A stretch of 64,000 nucleotides of DNA, from positions 46,996,001 through 47,060,000 of the forward strand of contig OX638150.1 of the NCBI GenBank assembly GCA_951804945.1. The letters run 5' to 3'. Shown here piece after piece: positions 24,877 through 36,467 of the stretch. Each line of letters begins with the position of its first letter. Position 1 is the first letter of the stretch. Made by a program: the position numbers and the translations under genes. The notes under the pieces are model-generated. The model was not told the DNA's origin. It was given only the letters and a program-made list of their open reading frames with translations, and did not search any database. The DNA comes from Podarcis cretensis. Its lineage: Eukaryota.

Positions 24877-26324
24877 CCATATTTTTCGCTCTATAAGACA
24901 CACCAGACCACAAGACACACCTAGTTTTTGGAGGAGGAAAACAAGAAAAAAAACATTCTGAATCTCAGAAGCCAGAACAGCAAGAGGGATCGCTGTGCAG
25001 TGAAAGCAGCAATCCCTCTTGCTGTTCTGGCTTCTGGGATAGCTGCGCAGCCTGCATTTGCTCCATAAGACGCACACACATTTCCCCTTACTTTTTTTTA
25101 AAAAAAATAATTTTCTTAACAGGCCAATCACATCACATTATTCAAATCACATTATTTCCAGATTATACAGCCAAATTTTAAATTTTGTTAAGGGTACCCA
25201 TACATCAAGCTTTGCACGAGTCCAAAATTCCGGATAGCTCCAGGCATCACATATTTTACTGCTTTAAATTAGACAGTTCTATCCAGTTCGATCCGGATAG
25301 TCCTTTATTACTTTCTTTCTCATCTTGTTGTTATCATATATTCCTTTCTTTGTGATCTCTGATGGTTCTCACAAGCAGACTGGAAACTGGTGTCTCTGTG
25401 TGGGTTTTGTACTCGTCAAAAACTATCTCTCTCAGGGACAGCCTCTGTTTGTCTCTTCCATAAACAAAGTTAACCTTTGGTCTGTCCTTTATTTTTCCTC
25501 AGGCTAGCCAGATATATCAAACAAATCAGGGGGCTCTGTCAGGTCAAACTTGCATTCCAACACTCCTTCTCTTTCGAACGATCCTGATTCTCCTCCCCCC
25601 TGTCCTTCTTTCTCCGGCAAGCCTGTCTTGGCGAGATGCCATTTTTTAACTGTGTCATAAAAAATTTCCTCTTCCTCACCTTTCACCAGTCTTCTCTTCT
25701 GTTGTAATCCATCCCCACACAGTTCTTAAAATCCTGCTTATGATTGATAAAAACGCGACGATCTTATTTCTTTCTGCGGTGAAGGGTTATTAATTTCACA
25801 TCATGTAAAAAAAAAAAAAAAAGGTTTTTTCCTCCACCCCCCCTTCGTTCCAAACATACAGTCTCCTAGTGGTGATTCATCAGAAGATTTACTTATCCGT
25901 CCGTCACTCCCGGTCACAGAGATCCATTAATCAGCAGCCTTATCTCGAGCTTTACTTGATGTATGTGCTTCAGCTTCCTTTCCAATCGTATATTTCCAAT
26001 TATAATTCCGAGCTGAAGCAACCAGCACGCACTAATTGGAATCGGCGTCAGGAAGAGCTGACTTCACCAAGGGCTCATGCCAAGTGTTCGGCACCCCCAT
26101 CTCTCGGATCAGGGGGTGCATTGTGAACACTGCTGGCAAGACAGGGTCCCCCACATCCTGGGGGGGGGAAGGCTGCATACTTCCCATAGCATCCCCTTAA
26201 TTACCTCGTATGGGTCAGAGAGATGTTATTGTCGGACATCTTCCAATGCGCCACCTGGTGGCCCCCCCATTTCCCCTTACTTTTTAGGAGGGAAAAAGCG
26301 AGTCTTATAGAGCAAAAAATATGT
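24877..26324. mobile_element. Tc1/mariner (Tc2-like) MITE split by a 1.17-kb retroposon
   Basis: TIRs CCATATTTTTCGCTCTATAAGAC (from 24877) and GTCTTATAGAGCAAAAAATATGT (26302-26324); TA on both flanks. Confidence 0.85.
25097..26267 (-). mobile_element. Non-autonomous ~1.17-kb polyA retroposon with L1-like 5' end, copy 1
   Basis: TSD CATTTCCCCTTAC(TTTTT) at 25079-25096 and 26268-26285; G-run start; A-rich tail; colinear with 36468-37600; no long ORF. Confidence 0.85.
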
Positions 26325-28479
26325 TAATTATAATCCATTTGAAATGTATTTTAAACGTGTGTGCTTTAAAAACAGCAGCAACAAAAATACTGCAGTAAAA
26401 GTGGCATGGCTGTACCTCCTAATTACAGAATTTCAGTGAACCTTCAGTATTTGTTCCTATTTCTTAGCTCTGTAAAGGGTCTTTTCAGGTCTGCTCTCCT
26501 AAGCTCCTCCCCGTTAAAAGGAAAAGAAGAGAGCAATTAACAGTGAAATCTCAGGCATATCTCTCTACTAGGTGTGTCTTGTGATGCAGATCAAGATATG
26601 GATCTGTCGATCTAGAAACAGTTAATGCTCCATATGATTAATTCTGTCCAAGTGCACCTGGATTTGGGGAGCATGTTGCTTTTAACATCTGGAAAGGGAC
26701 TATGGTGATGATATATATTCACAGAAAATTTGAGAACTTTGTTCTGTAAAACAGCCTTTTCTTTAACCTTCAGCAGCACAAATATTTTCATGTCTGCAGT
26801 CCTTCAGTACCATTGGTTGAGGTGACCTTTCACTTTCTTTATGTCTTTAAAAACAGCTTTGTAAATGTCAAAAGCTTTGGATTCTTTTGGAGGCTTTGGG
26901 GATTTAGGCATATAGCCCCCAAGTAATGAAATTCCAGTTAGTAGCAGTAATGGTATTTATTGACCATTAGGGTGGCTTTAGGCCTCTAATGTCATAGGCT
27001 GGATCACTGTATTGTTTAACATAGCAAAAGTCAAGCTCCACAGCAAGTTATTTGATCATGCACTTTTAGGGGATCTCAAGTTTAATTACAACTTTTCAGA
27101 CAGGGACATGGTCATTTCTTTATCTGTCCTTCCCTATGATACTTAACAACTGACATGGTGAGGTGCATTGGTAATATAGTAGAAATAGTCATACACTGCC
27201 AAACTTGAAATGCCTTTGCAATCTTTACGGTTTTATGTAAAACAAAAAAAGATGAAATAATAAAGATAAAACAAAATAGTGATAATAAGACAACATTTTG
27301 CAGGTTACCAAGAAATAATAGATTTTCACATTCTTCCTCTCTTGGTTTATGATTTATGCCAGGTAAGTTCCTAGCTCAGTAGGAATCACTTTGTTTATAG
27401 TGAAGACAGATTTGGTATTACAGTAGAAGTCGAAGTGGGTCTTTCACTCCCCGGTGTAATCCCAGCTCTGCTGTTTTAATAATAAATAGATGTATCCGAG
27501 AATCACGCACTAGTTCAGTCAAGGAGACACAAACTCAGAGAAGGTGGGAGGCAGGTGTGTCACTAGAGCTCCACTGATACTGTGACCCCTTTGGCAAAAC
27601 TACACATTGGTAAGAGATAGTTTGGGACCAACTCTAGCCAATCATTTCTCTCCATAGCCAGCTTCTGCTGCCAGTTTCTATCTTTTTATTTTTAAAGAGG
27701 AACACTGGATTGCAGAGGGAGAAAGAAGGAGCTGAATGTGGTGAGAGTGATTCCCAACTGACTCAATTACTATATAAATGTTACATAACAATGCTTACAA
27801 TTTGCATGGCACTTTCAAGTGTTCAAAGCACTCTACATGGATAATTTTCTTACACCCCCCACCCTAGATGGCTGTGTGTATTACTTCAGCTGTGAAGCAC
27901 ACAGTTCTCTCACTGTCTTCCCACTGCCATTTCATGCTTTACAACTGCTTTTACATCCCTGATATGTTAAAGCAAGCCCCCCCCCCCAAAAAAAGAAAAC
28001 CCCACATACCACAGCTTGCCAACCCCATTGGAAAATTATAATATTGTTGTATTTCAAGCACACTTACATCATAGCATGATCATGACCACATTAACAAAAG
28101 GGGATTTGCTTCTCCGTCTCTGATGCTACGCACATTTCCTTGGGAACAAGCACATTTTGTTCCAGAAAAGTTAATATTTTTAAAAAGTAAAAAAAGCGAG
28201 CACCTGTAACCATGTAAATACCGAGTTGTCCCCCTCTATAATTTAAAAGTAGTAGAAGAAAGAAAGACTACAATGTCGGCCCTGGGGGGTGCTTGTGTCA
28301 TCATCCATTCCTCTTCATTTTTTGGGAGGAGTAGGATACAGGGTTTTGGTCCCGAGTACCACACCTAGTGTATCACTGTTGGGGACTAAGTGGATAAATC
28401 TGATGCTTTCTGGAACACTCGCAAGCAGCTCCATTTATCCAAACCCTTATACCTAATATAAGAACACTGCCAAAATAAA

Positions 28480-28930
28480 TAAATAAATATTTAAAAATTG
28501 TCCAGTAGCACCTTAAGGTAAAGGGACCCCTGACAGTTAAGTCCAGTCATGAACAACTCTGGGGTTGTCTCGCTTTACAGGCCGAGGGAGCCGGAGCAGC
28601 ACATGGAAAAGCTGTTTACCTTCCCTGCCAGAGCAGTACCTGTTTATCTACTTGCACTGGTGTGCTTTTGAACTGCTACGTTGGCAGGAGCTGGGACAGA
28701 GCAACGGGAGCTCACCCTGCTGCAGGGCCTCGAACTGCAACTTTCCGATCGGCAAGTCCAAGCAGCACAGTGGTTTAAACCACAGCGCCACCGTCTGTGT
28801 GTGCATGCACACTTCTTCAGATACACAAAAGCTTATACCCACAACAAACTTAGTTGGTCTCTAAGGTGCTACTGGAATTTCATTTATTTATTTCGACTGT
28901 GTCAGACCAACATGGTTACCTACCTGAATA
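28480..28930. mobile_element. Penelope-like element terminal fragment with inverted end, interrupted by a Sauria SINE
   Basis: 15-bp perfect inverted repeat TCCAGTAGCACCTTA (28501-28515) / TAAGGTGCTACTGGA (28862-28876); ...GGTCTCTAAGGTGCTAC...CAGACCAACATGGTTACC resembles reptile Penelope termini (from recall). Confidence 0.55.
28515..28792 (-). mobile_element. Sauria SINE with internal deletion
   Basis: AAGGTAAAGGGACCCC tail, TTTATCTACTTGCAC core and AAACCACAGCGCCACC head, all as reverse complement. Confidence 0.88.
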
Positions 28931-31930
28931 ATAACACTGTGTTCAAGAAAAAGAACAACACCCTCACCACATCTGAATTCAGTAATACAAGGGAGGAACC
29001 CAACTATCACCTTCCTAATAGAAAAACTGCAGTTTTATCCTAGTAGCAAAACATATGCTGTTCCTTTGCTGCTAAATAGTTGTTAATAAGCTCATCCTTT
29101 GCCACAGGATATAGATTAAACAAAGCTATCAGTTGATGTTTTGAAAACACTGACTCCAGGAAAGTCCCTATGGCTTTACTCCTAGAGGACAGCCTTGTCA
29201 AATTCTATTCAATGTATGTTGCCACCTCCAATCAACCATAGGCAAAAACAGTGTTTGAAAAGCAAAATACAGGCCTTAATTTTGACAACAGAGGCAGGTG
29301 GAGATATTCTATTTTAGGCAGGGAATGGTCCTTGTTTCTGTTTAAAATATATGAAACTCAGCAGAATCCTTGAAAGGCTTTAAAAACATTTTCATCACAT
29401 GAAATTGCAGCACAATAATCAAGACAAACCTGTCAAGTCTCATGAAAAATGGTTGATAGTCTGCTTTAATCTGAATGGTGCCGCAATTCTATATGTGTGG
29501 GTGGCAAGACAAGGAGAAACAAATGCATACTTTAAAAAAAAACACAACTAAAAATCAAGCAAGTCAATAAACATGAGCTATTTTTATGAAATGATTTGTG
29601 GAGCAATGTTTACTTTTTATGTTTGTATGTTTCTTTTAGAACCACGAGCTTATTTCTAAACAAGGAAATGATGTTTCTTTTTTTATTTCTAATGTTTTAC
29701 CCATCTACAATTGGAGAAAAAATATGAGTGAAGAAAAACTATTTCTTGAGCACAATATGTACTATATTTTCATTCATCTTCACAATTGCATCAGTTCTTC
29801 ATTTGTTTATAGATACATCAGGAATATTGGTATGCATGAAAATTTATTCAGCCACCAGATGCATGGCAGCTTTTCAGTATGTGGTAACAAGGAGAGTGTT
29901 ACATAAGAGGTCCAGGGACAACACCTTTTTACTGTACACCTTTAGTGGAAACACTGAAGTAATTTTACAATTGATGTTGCTCATAAAACTGATTTAGGAA
30001 TTTAATTTATTTACATTTACATAGTATCCTTCCTGACCCTTCCATGGGTAAACCCATGACCTCCAAGATGTGACAAAAAGACATGATAGTTTGTTAAGGC
30101 ACTGTGGCAATATTCACCGAAGTCATGGTTACAAATATGGTGCTTGTGGACAAGCATGTACCCACAGAGGCCTTCTCTGGTGCCCCCATTTCCTCTGCTG
30201 AAATAATTATAATCATCAATATGATTAATTGTATTTAACAACCTGTATATACCACTTGATTGCAATAAAACCTCAAGAAGTTTTCACTACAAAAATGATG
30301 TAGTGTGTTTGCTAGGCCTACAAAATATTCTCTGGTTTCACATGTGTCCACATGGCCAAAAGGGGTTTCAGCCCTTGTGTAAATTTCTCCAAAGGAATGT
30401 ATATCCAGGAATGAGTGGACTATATCTGAACTGCTCTTACAGGTATATCTAGGGCTGTGCAACTGCTTTGACCGGATTCTGAATACAGCGACAAGGCAGG
30501 CATATATGGGCCAAAGCAGAGGTCCTCTGAGATCAGCTCTTTGCAAAGTGATTTGAAACAAACAGCTTCCAATGCTCTTCAGAGATAAAGTTTTTAAAGT
30601 TTAGAGTTACGGCCATTTTGGTTTCTCAATTCAAGTCATGAGAAAACTGTAGATTCTGAACTGAAGTAATGAGAAAACAGAAGTTTTCTGAATATTGCTT
30701 TAGATTCAGCGTCTGAAGTGACCCTCCCCCACAAGGCAATTTGTAAGGAACAGGGGTGCAACCTAAAGCAGGTCCAGAACTGAAACAGGGCAGCTCATGC
30801 AACCCAGGTAGATATTTCAAGTCGTAATTAAAAAGATGTGAGAAAATATAGGTCTTCCAAAATGCACAGTAGCATTCCTGTATATTATGCACACCATCCC
30901 AAAATCTTTGGATGAAGGCATGATTTGAAATTTTTCTAAAGAAACAAATGCACTTGGTATAGATAGGCACATTGCCGCCAAATGAAGCGAAAGAGAACAA
31001 TTCAACAAATTTTCAGTCTAAAGCAAAAGGGAAATACAGTAGGTGTTAAAACCAAATGAAATAACTATTACTTGTTTAGAGTTTAAGCTGTTTTGAAATG
31101 GTGTGATATGGCAATAGGAATCTAGAGGGAAATATCAATAGGTATAATCCAGCAATAGGGAATCACAACTAAAAAGAACTAAATATAAAAGCCTCAGCAA
31201 CCTGCTGTGGCATGTTTGCAAAGCGCTTTGAGAATAAAATTACTCATATTCACTCAGAACTGGATGTCTCTGTTGATACAGTTCCTGTGAAGATGTTCGG
31301 AATACCATGTTGTGGAATCATTTTCAACTGTTGTTGCCCAAAGATGTGGACAAGATCTTTGGAGCAGTATTTTCCTCAACTATGTGTAATCTTGAACCTT
31401 ATCCATGGTGACTGATAACAGCTAGTGGGGATGAAGACATCAGAAGATGCTATCTGCTACATTGAAAGAGGTGGCAAAGCAGCCTCTATTTAAACAACCA
31501 AACCCCACCCCATTTAATCCAGAGGTATTTGATGCCCAGCTGCAAATATTCCCTTTCTGGGAACGGTGCTCAAGATGGTGGTGACAAGTTAGGTGCAGAT
31601 GCTCTTGGAAAAGTTCCCAGCTAACAGGCCTAGGCTGACCTGATGAATGACCTTCAGAAGAGAGACACTACCATCCTGTTGATTATCTTGCCTCTCTCAG
31701 AATCTTTTTGACAACATCAAGCATGATATCTTATTGGACTAACTCGGTGTGATAGGACTGGTGGCAATGATGTTATAATGTAGTAATTCTGCTGCTACCT
31801 GCAAGTTCAGTTCCCTAAGGTAGTATTGGGGGACATCTATTTGGCAATTGGTCTGCGGAGCCTGCAAAGATGCATTCTGGTGCATACAAATCTATTGTGT
31901 GAGGACATCAGGGGGGTTGGAGTTGGACAA

Positions 31931-32277
31931 TAAAGGTAAAGGTAAAGGTACCCCTGCCCGTACGGGCCAGTCTTGACAGACTCTGGGGTTGTGCGCCCAT
32001 CTCACTTAAGAGGCCAGGGGCCAGCGCTGTCCGGAGACACTTCCGGGTCACGTGGCCAGCGTGACATCGCTGCTCTGGTGAGCCAGAGCCGCACACGGAA
32101 ACGCCGTTTACCTTCCCGCTGGTAAGCGGTCCCTATTTATCTACTTGCACCTGGAGGTGCTTTCGAACTGCTAGGTTGGCAGGCGCTGGGACCGAGCAGC
32201 GGGAGCGCACCCCGCCGCAGGGATTCGAACCGCCGACCTTTCGATCGGCAAGTCCTAGGCGCTGAGGCTTTAACCCA
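31931..32277 (-). mobile_element. Sauria SINE, young subfamily, 5' end runs into the gap
   Basis: Near-identical reverse complement of 21237-21590; (AAAGGT)n tail. Confidence 0.93.
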
Positions 32278-32429
32278 NNNNNNNNNNNNNNNNNNNNNNN
32301 NNNNNNNNNNNNNNNNNNNNNNNNNNNNNNNNNNNNNNNNNNNNNNNNNNNNNNNNNNNNNNNNNNNNNNNNNNNNNNNNNNNNNNNNNNNNNNNNNNNN
32401 NNNNNNNNNNNNNNNNNNNNNNNNNNNNN
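32278..32429. other. Assembly gap (152 N)
   Basis: Run of N. Confidence 1.
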
Positions 32430-33648
32430 CTAATGATACCCAGTTGAGTTTCTCCTTAATATCAGAGTCAGGTAATGAAATGCAGGCCCTGAAGCAGTGT
32501 TTGGTTGCTGTAATGAGCTGGATGGAAGCCAAAAAAACTGTTTTCAGTGGTTCATAGTGCTTTTTGCCAGCTTTGGCTAGTTTACCAGCTTTGACTGAAC
32601 CTGCATAGAGATAGCAATCCATGCTATGATAACCTTCTGTTTGAATTCCTGTAACGTGCTCTCTGTGAGGCTGCCCTTGAAGACAGCATGGAGGCTGGAC
32701 ATAATGCAAAATGCAGCAGCCAGATCATTGTGTGGATCAGCAATATACCACTGCTTCTGAAGGAATTGCACTGGCCGCCAATACAAAACCAGTCTGGATT
32801 CAAGGTGTTGTTTAGAGCTTTAACAACAAATTAGGATGTAAAATAAGTGTGCCTTCCCCCATGCTGTCCTGCTCAGGTGTTGCCATCATCTGGGGAGGTC
32901 CTTTTCATTGGAGCACAAACAAAAACATTTAATTCTGTAAAACACAATTGTTGAATGAATCAATGAATGAATGTTGCACCACAGAATCAAACCAGGTGAA
33001 GCCCATAGTGGTCTCTGTGTTTGTTTGTTTGTTTGTGCGTGCATGCACATGCACTTGCACACACACACATAATGGACACATGGTGGGCACGGGGGGTGAC
33101 AAAACCCTTTAGTCATCATGATTGGGTGCTTATGGGAGCAGTTATAAAAAATAACTATAAAAATTAATTGTTAAAAATAATAAATAATTAATTTTTGATG
33201 TTACCCACCACATTGAGAATTCTGCCTCGCATACATGCGAAGGGCTGTGCTGGAATGAGAGCAAGGAGCCTGACAGCACCAGAGCAAGAAACACAGTGTG
33301 AGTGCTAATTACAAGAGAAAGGTGGGGCAAGGGATCAGTCTTTTGCTTCAGGGCTGTGTCTGGATTAGTGGGTGGCCATATTACCAATATCTTTCGCTCA
33401 GATGAGGCGGAGTTTTAAAGAGCCGTGGCTAAACTTAACCAAAGTAATCCCCTCTGCACATTTCCCTACCTTTTGTTAAGTTTAGTTACAAAAGAAAGAA
33501 TGATCTGACATCAAATGGTTGTCATCTTCTGAACCATTTTAGGCAATAAAGGTACCCAGGAACAGTTACTTTTAATAGCTCATGGAATCAAAGCAATGTG
33601 CTGAAAGAAGGAAAGGGAAAGAACTCTCATCCTCTAGAATCGGTTTCA

Positions 33649-33732
33649 TTTCGATTGAAAGAGCACTTTTGCTCTTATGCTAGCTGCATGGCTAAACAGC
33701 TGCATAAGAGCAAGAGTATTATTTCATTGAAA
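33649..33732. other. 84-nt imperfect hairpin (pre-miRNA-like or ancient palindromic element)
   Basis: About 34 base pairs (including G-U) around a 10-nt loop at 33687-33696, paired by hand. Confidence 0.6.
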
Positions 33733-34479
33733 ATTATGTTTGGTACCATCTTCTGGTCTTAATGTGTTGCAGGAAAAAATTGAGGCTGTAACCATAGACA
33801 AGAAGATGTTTCTTGAGGTATAGCTTCTATATTTATTTTTAAGTAAAATATAGTGTTATAATTATTCCTATTGATGAAACACTTAATAGAACCTTGGTAT
33901 GAGTCAAATATCATGGTTCTATTGAGTTTACACTTAAGATATATAAAATGGAAATTGAGATCTACATATGTTGTTAAATATCTAAAATTTAACAGTAAAA
34001 AATAATGGCATGGTGTGAGCAGACTTAAACCTGTAAAAGATGTTGTAATAATAATAGGTTTTTAAAAGAAGCTGCTATGCTTTACTCCTAATATTGATGT
34101 TGTATGTTGAACATACTATGCACAATCCATTAAAAAATTAGTTATCACTACTGCTCCAATCATATGCACATATCAGCAAGAATGTCCTGTTGAATATCAA
34201 TCTATATGTCTATGTCATCAACAGCAAGGAAAGACTGCCATTTACCAATGAGAATAGATTTGAATTAAATTTTATCTGTGAGCTGCTTTGAGAGGGGGGA
34301 GTCTTCTGTCTGAAAAAAGAAGGGGGTACAATCATAATTAATTAATTTCTCCTTGGTATTGGGGCGGTGCATCCTGCCCTCCTGAAATTGAGCCAGGAAT
34401 CCTTGAAGTTTTCCCTTTGGTCCATCAGCCCCTAAAGGCATATCAGGCAATACAAATAGATAAACTCCCGTTATTATTT

Positions 34480-35146
34480 CATCTTCTTCTTCTTTGGCGA
34501 TCACTCGTAGCTGAGTAAAATTGTCTTCCAAAACAGGGTTTGAGCAGTGAGTCCAAAAGTGACTGTGGAGGCCAGTTCTGGATCCACACATCCTTCCACA
34601 GTTGGGACATAGGTTTCTGGGCAGGAGTTGATCACGGGGAGGGTTTGCCAAGCATGCCTTCCTCTTAGCATGTTTCTCCCTTTCGTCCTGAGTTCGAGCG
34701 TCTTCAAAGCCCATGACACTTTTGGTAAAGCTTGTTCTCCAACTGGAGCGCTCGCAGGCCAGTGTTTCCCAGTTGTTGGTGTTTATACTACATTTTTTTA
34801 GATTTGCCTTGAGAGTCTCTAAACCTTTTGTTGACCAGCAACATTATGCTTCACATTTTTAAGTTCAGAATAGAGTAGTTGCTTTGGAATATGATAATCA
34901 GGCATCCACACAACATGACCAGTCCAATGAAGTTGATGTTGAAGAATCATTGCTTTGACATTGGTGATCTTTGCTTCTTCCAGTACACTGATATTAGTTC
35001 ACCTGTCTTCCCAAGTGATGTGTAAACTTTCTCAGAGACACCGTTGATGGAAACTTTTGAGGAGCTGGAGATGGCGTTTATAAGTGGTCCATGTTTCACA
35101 AGTGTACAGTACGGTTGGTAGTACAATAGCTTTGTAAACAACCATA
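34480..35146 (-). mobile_element. 5'-truncated RTE-clade LINE (not Bov-B), decayed
   Basis: Minus-strand C-terminal peptide with CPNCGRMCGSRTGLHSHFWTH Cys/His motif; (GAA)n tail; 44-bp TSD at 34423-34466 and 35147-35190. Confidence 0.88.
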
Positions 35147-35643
35147 CATCAGCCCCTCAAGGCATATCAGGCAATGCAAATAGATAAACTTTAATTATTT
35201 ACTACACAATACAGGCTTTGCTAATGCCATCTTTTCTTGTCCTAAGGAGCTGTGCTCTAGCTTTAGGAATCAGCCTTGTGTGTTCCCCTTAAATATGGAA
35301 GGGGTGTTCTTTCAAGCGTTTGCTCCTCCTGAGTTTTGTCTCCTCTCCTGCCTCTGTTTCTCACTCCTTCATGATCCTTCTCCATTTGGATGCCCAATCC
35401 CACTTTCTCCACTGAGTGCACAGACACAGTCTCACTCTCACATACCTCACCTAGAAGGAGCTGGCATGGGCAGTGGAAAGATGGAACAAGCCTGCTGTGG
35501 GAGGAAATGGGCAGGGAACCAAGGGGTACTTGCTGTGGCGATCACACAGGGTCCCCAGACATTTCACTGTCTATTGATCCATGTGCCACCACTTTATTTC
35601 TCACTGCCACAACCCAGGCCCTACCTGGTACAATACTGAGTCC

Positions 35644-36183
35644 AGTCAGGGTTAAATTGGAACATAAACTTCTGTTTATTTATTGCAGTTTAACAAGCGT
35701 GTGGTTTCATAAACGGTATCGGTCAGTTACAATCATGGGGTGCCTATCCAAACCTATAACTTCCGTACCTGCTCTCACTCACTAAACCACCTCTCAGATA
35801 TTGACTTGTCTTCCTAGCCCCTAACTGTTCCTGACTCAGCTTATTTCGCTACACTAACTCAACCTACCCACAGACTCTATCCCAATTCACTCCCACTCCA
35901 ACCAACCACCCAACTCCCAATGAACTTCCCCCTTCGTCCCTCCCAGAGCTGGTTTTATAGTCCCTCTGACTCCACTCCCTGAGTTCTGATTGGGTAACCT
36001 GTTTAACTATTTCACCTCCAGCACTCTCATATGTTAACGTCACACTTGCCTCTTCCCTTCCTCATTACTAGTCTAGTCTCCAATTCTTTCCCCATAGCCT
36101 GCTGGTCCCTCTACTGGATCGTTCTCTTCGCATTCTGCATTCTCCCGGGCTTATCCTCCTCTTGGCTCTGCCAGTCCCTGACA
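35644..36183 (-). mobile_element. Solo-LTR-like element
   Basis: Minus strand starts TGTCAGGG and ends CCCTGACT; CCAAT (35989-35993), TATAAAA (35953-35959) and AATAAA (35675-35684) occur in LTR order; TSD ambiguous. Confidence 0.65.
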
Positions 36184-36467
36184 CAGTATCTTTCATTGAC
36201 ACCTATAAGATTAAATTAGTCCCAATTTATTTCAAGTCCACTGTTTTCAACAAAATGCATTTAGTTATTTAAGATATTTGCTATCTGTGTAATATCACAA
36301 GATCTGTATTTTAATTTGAAAACATAACCCAAAAAATAAGGGCAGTTAAAATCCAATTATCATCAATAGTGAATGAACAGAGTTCTCTTGTGAACCAGAA
36401 AAGGAAAAACAAAAGGAGCTGCTGGAGGCGAGAATCAAAGCAAATCTGTTGGAGTTTTCTTCTTAAT

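Larger units (their letters stand above)
31200..32880 (+). mobile_element. Highly decayed L2-clade LINE ORF2 remnant, interrupted by a SINE and an assembly gap
   Basis: Degenerate RT-region motifs (NIPFLG-like, LS.FD.I.H-like), then CAAAATGCAGCAGCCAGA (QNAAAR) and TTGCACTGG..GCCA (LHW.P). Confidence 0.7.

Noticed and set aside
27304-27362. Possible plus-strand 59-nt exon with a CAG|GTAAGT donor
   Set aside because: The acceptor lacks a pyrimidine tract (A-rich upstream); peptide not recognised.
30017-31017. Run of minus-strand ORFs behind a good-looking acceptor at 31017/31018
   Set aside because: No recognisable domain and no convincing donor; lengths are compatible with chance.
32137-32709. 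190-aa minus-strand ORF
   Set aside because: Reads through the N gap and joins antisense L2 to SINE sequence; artefact.
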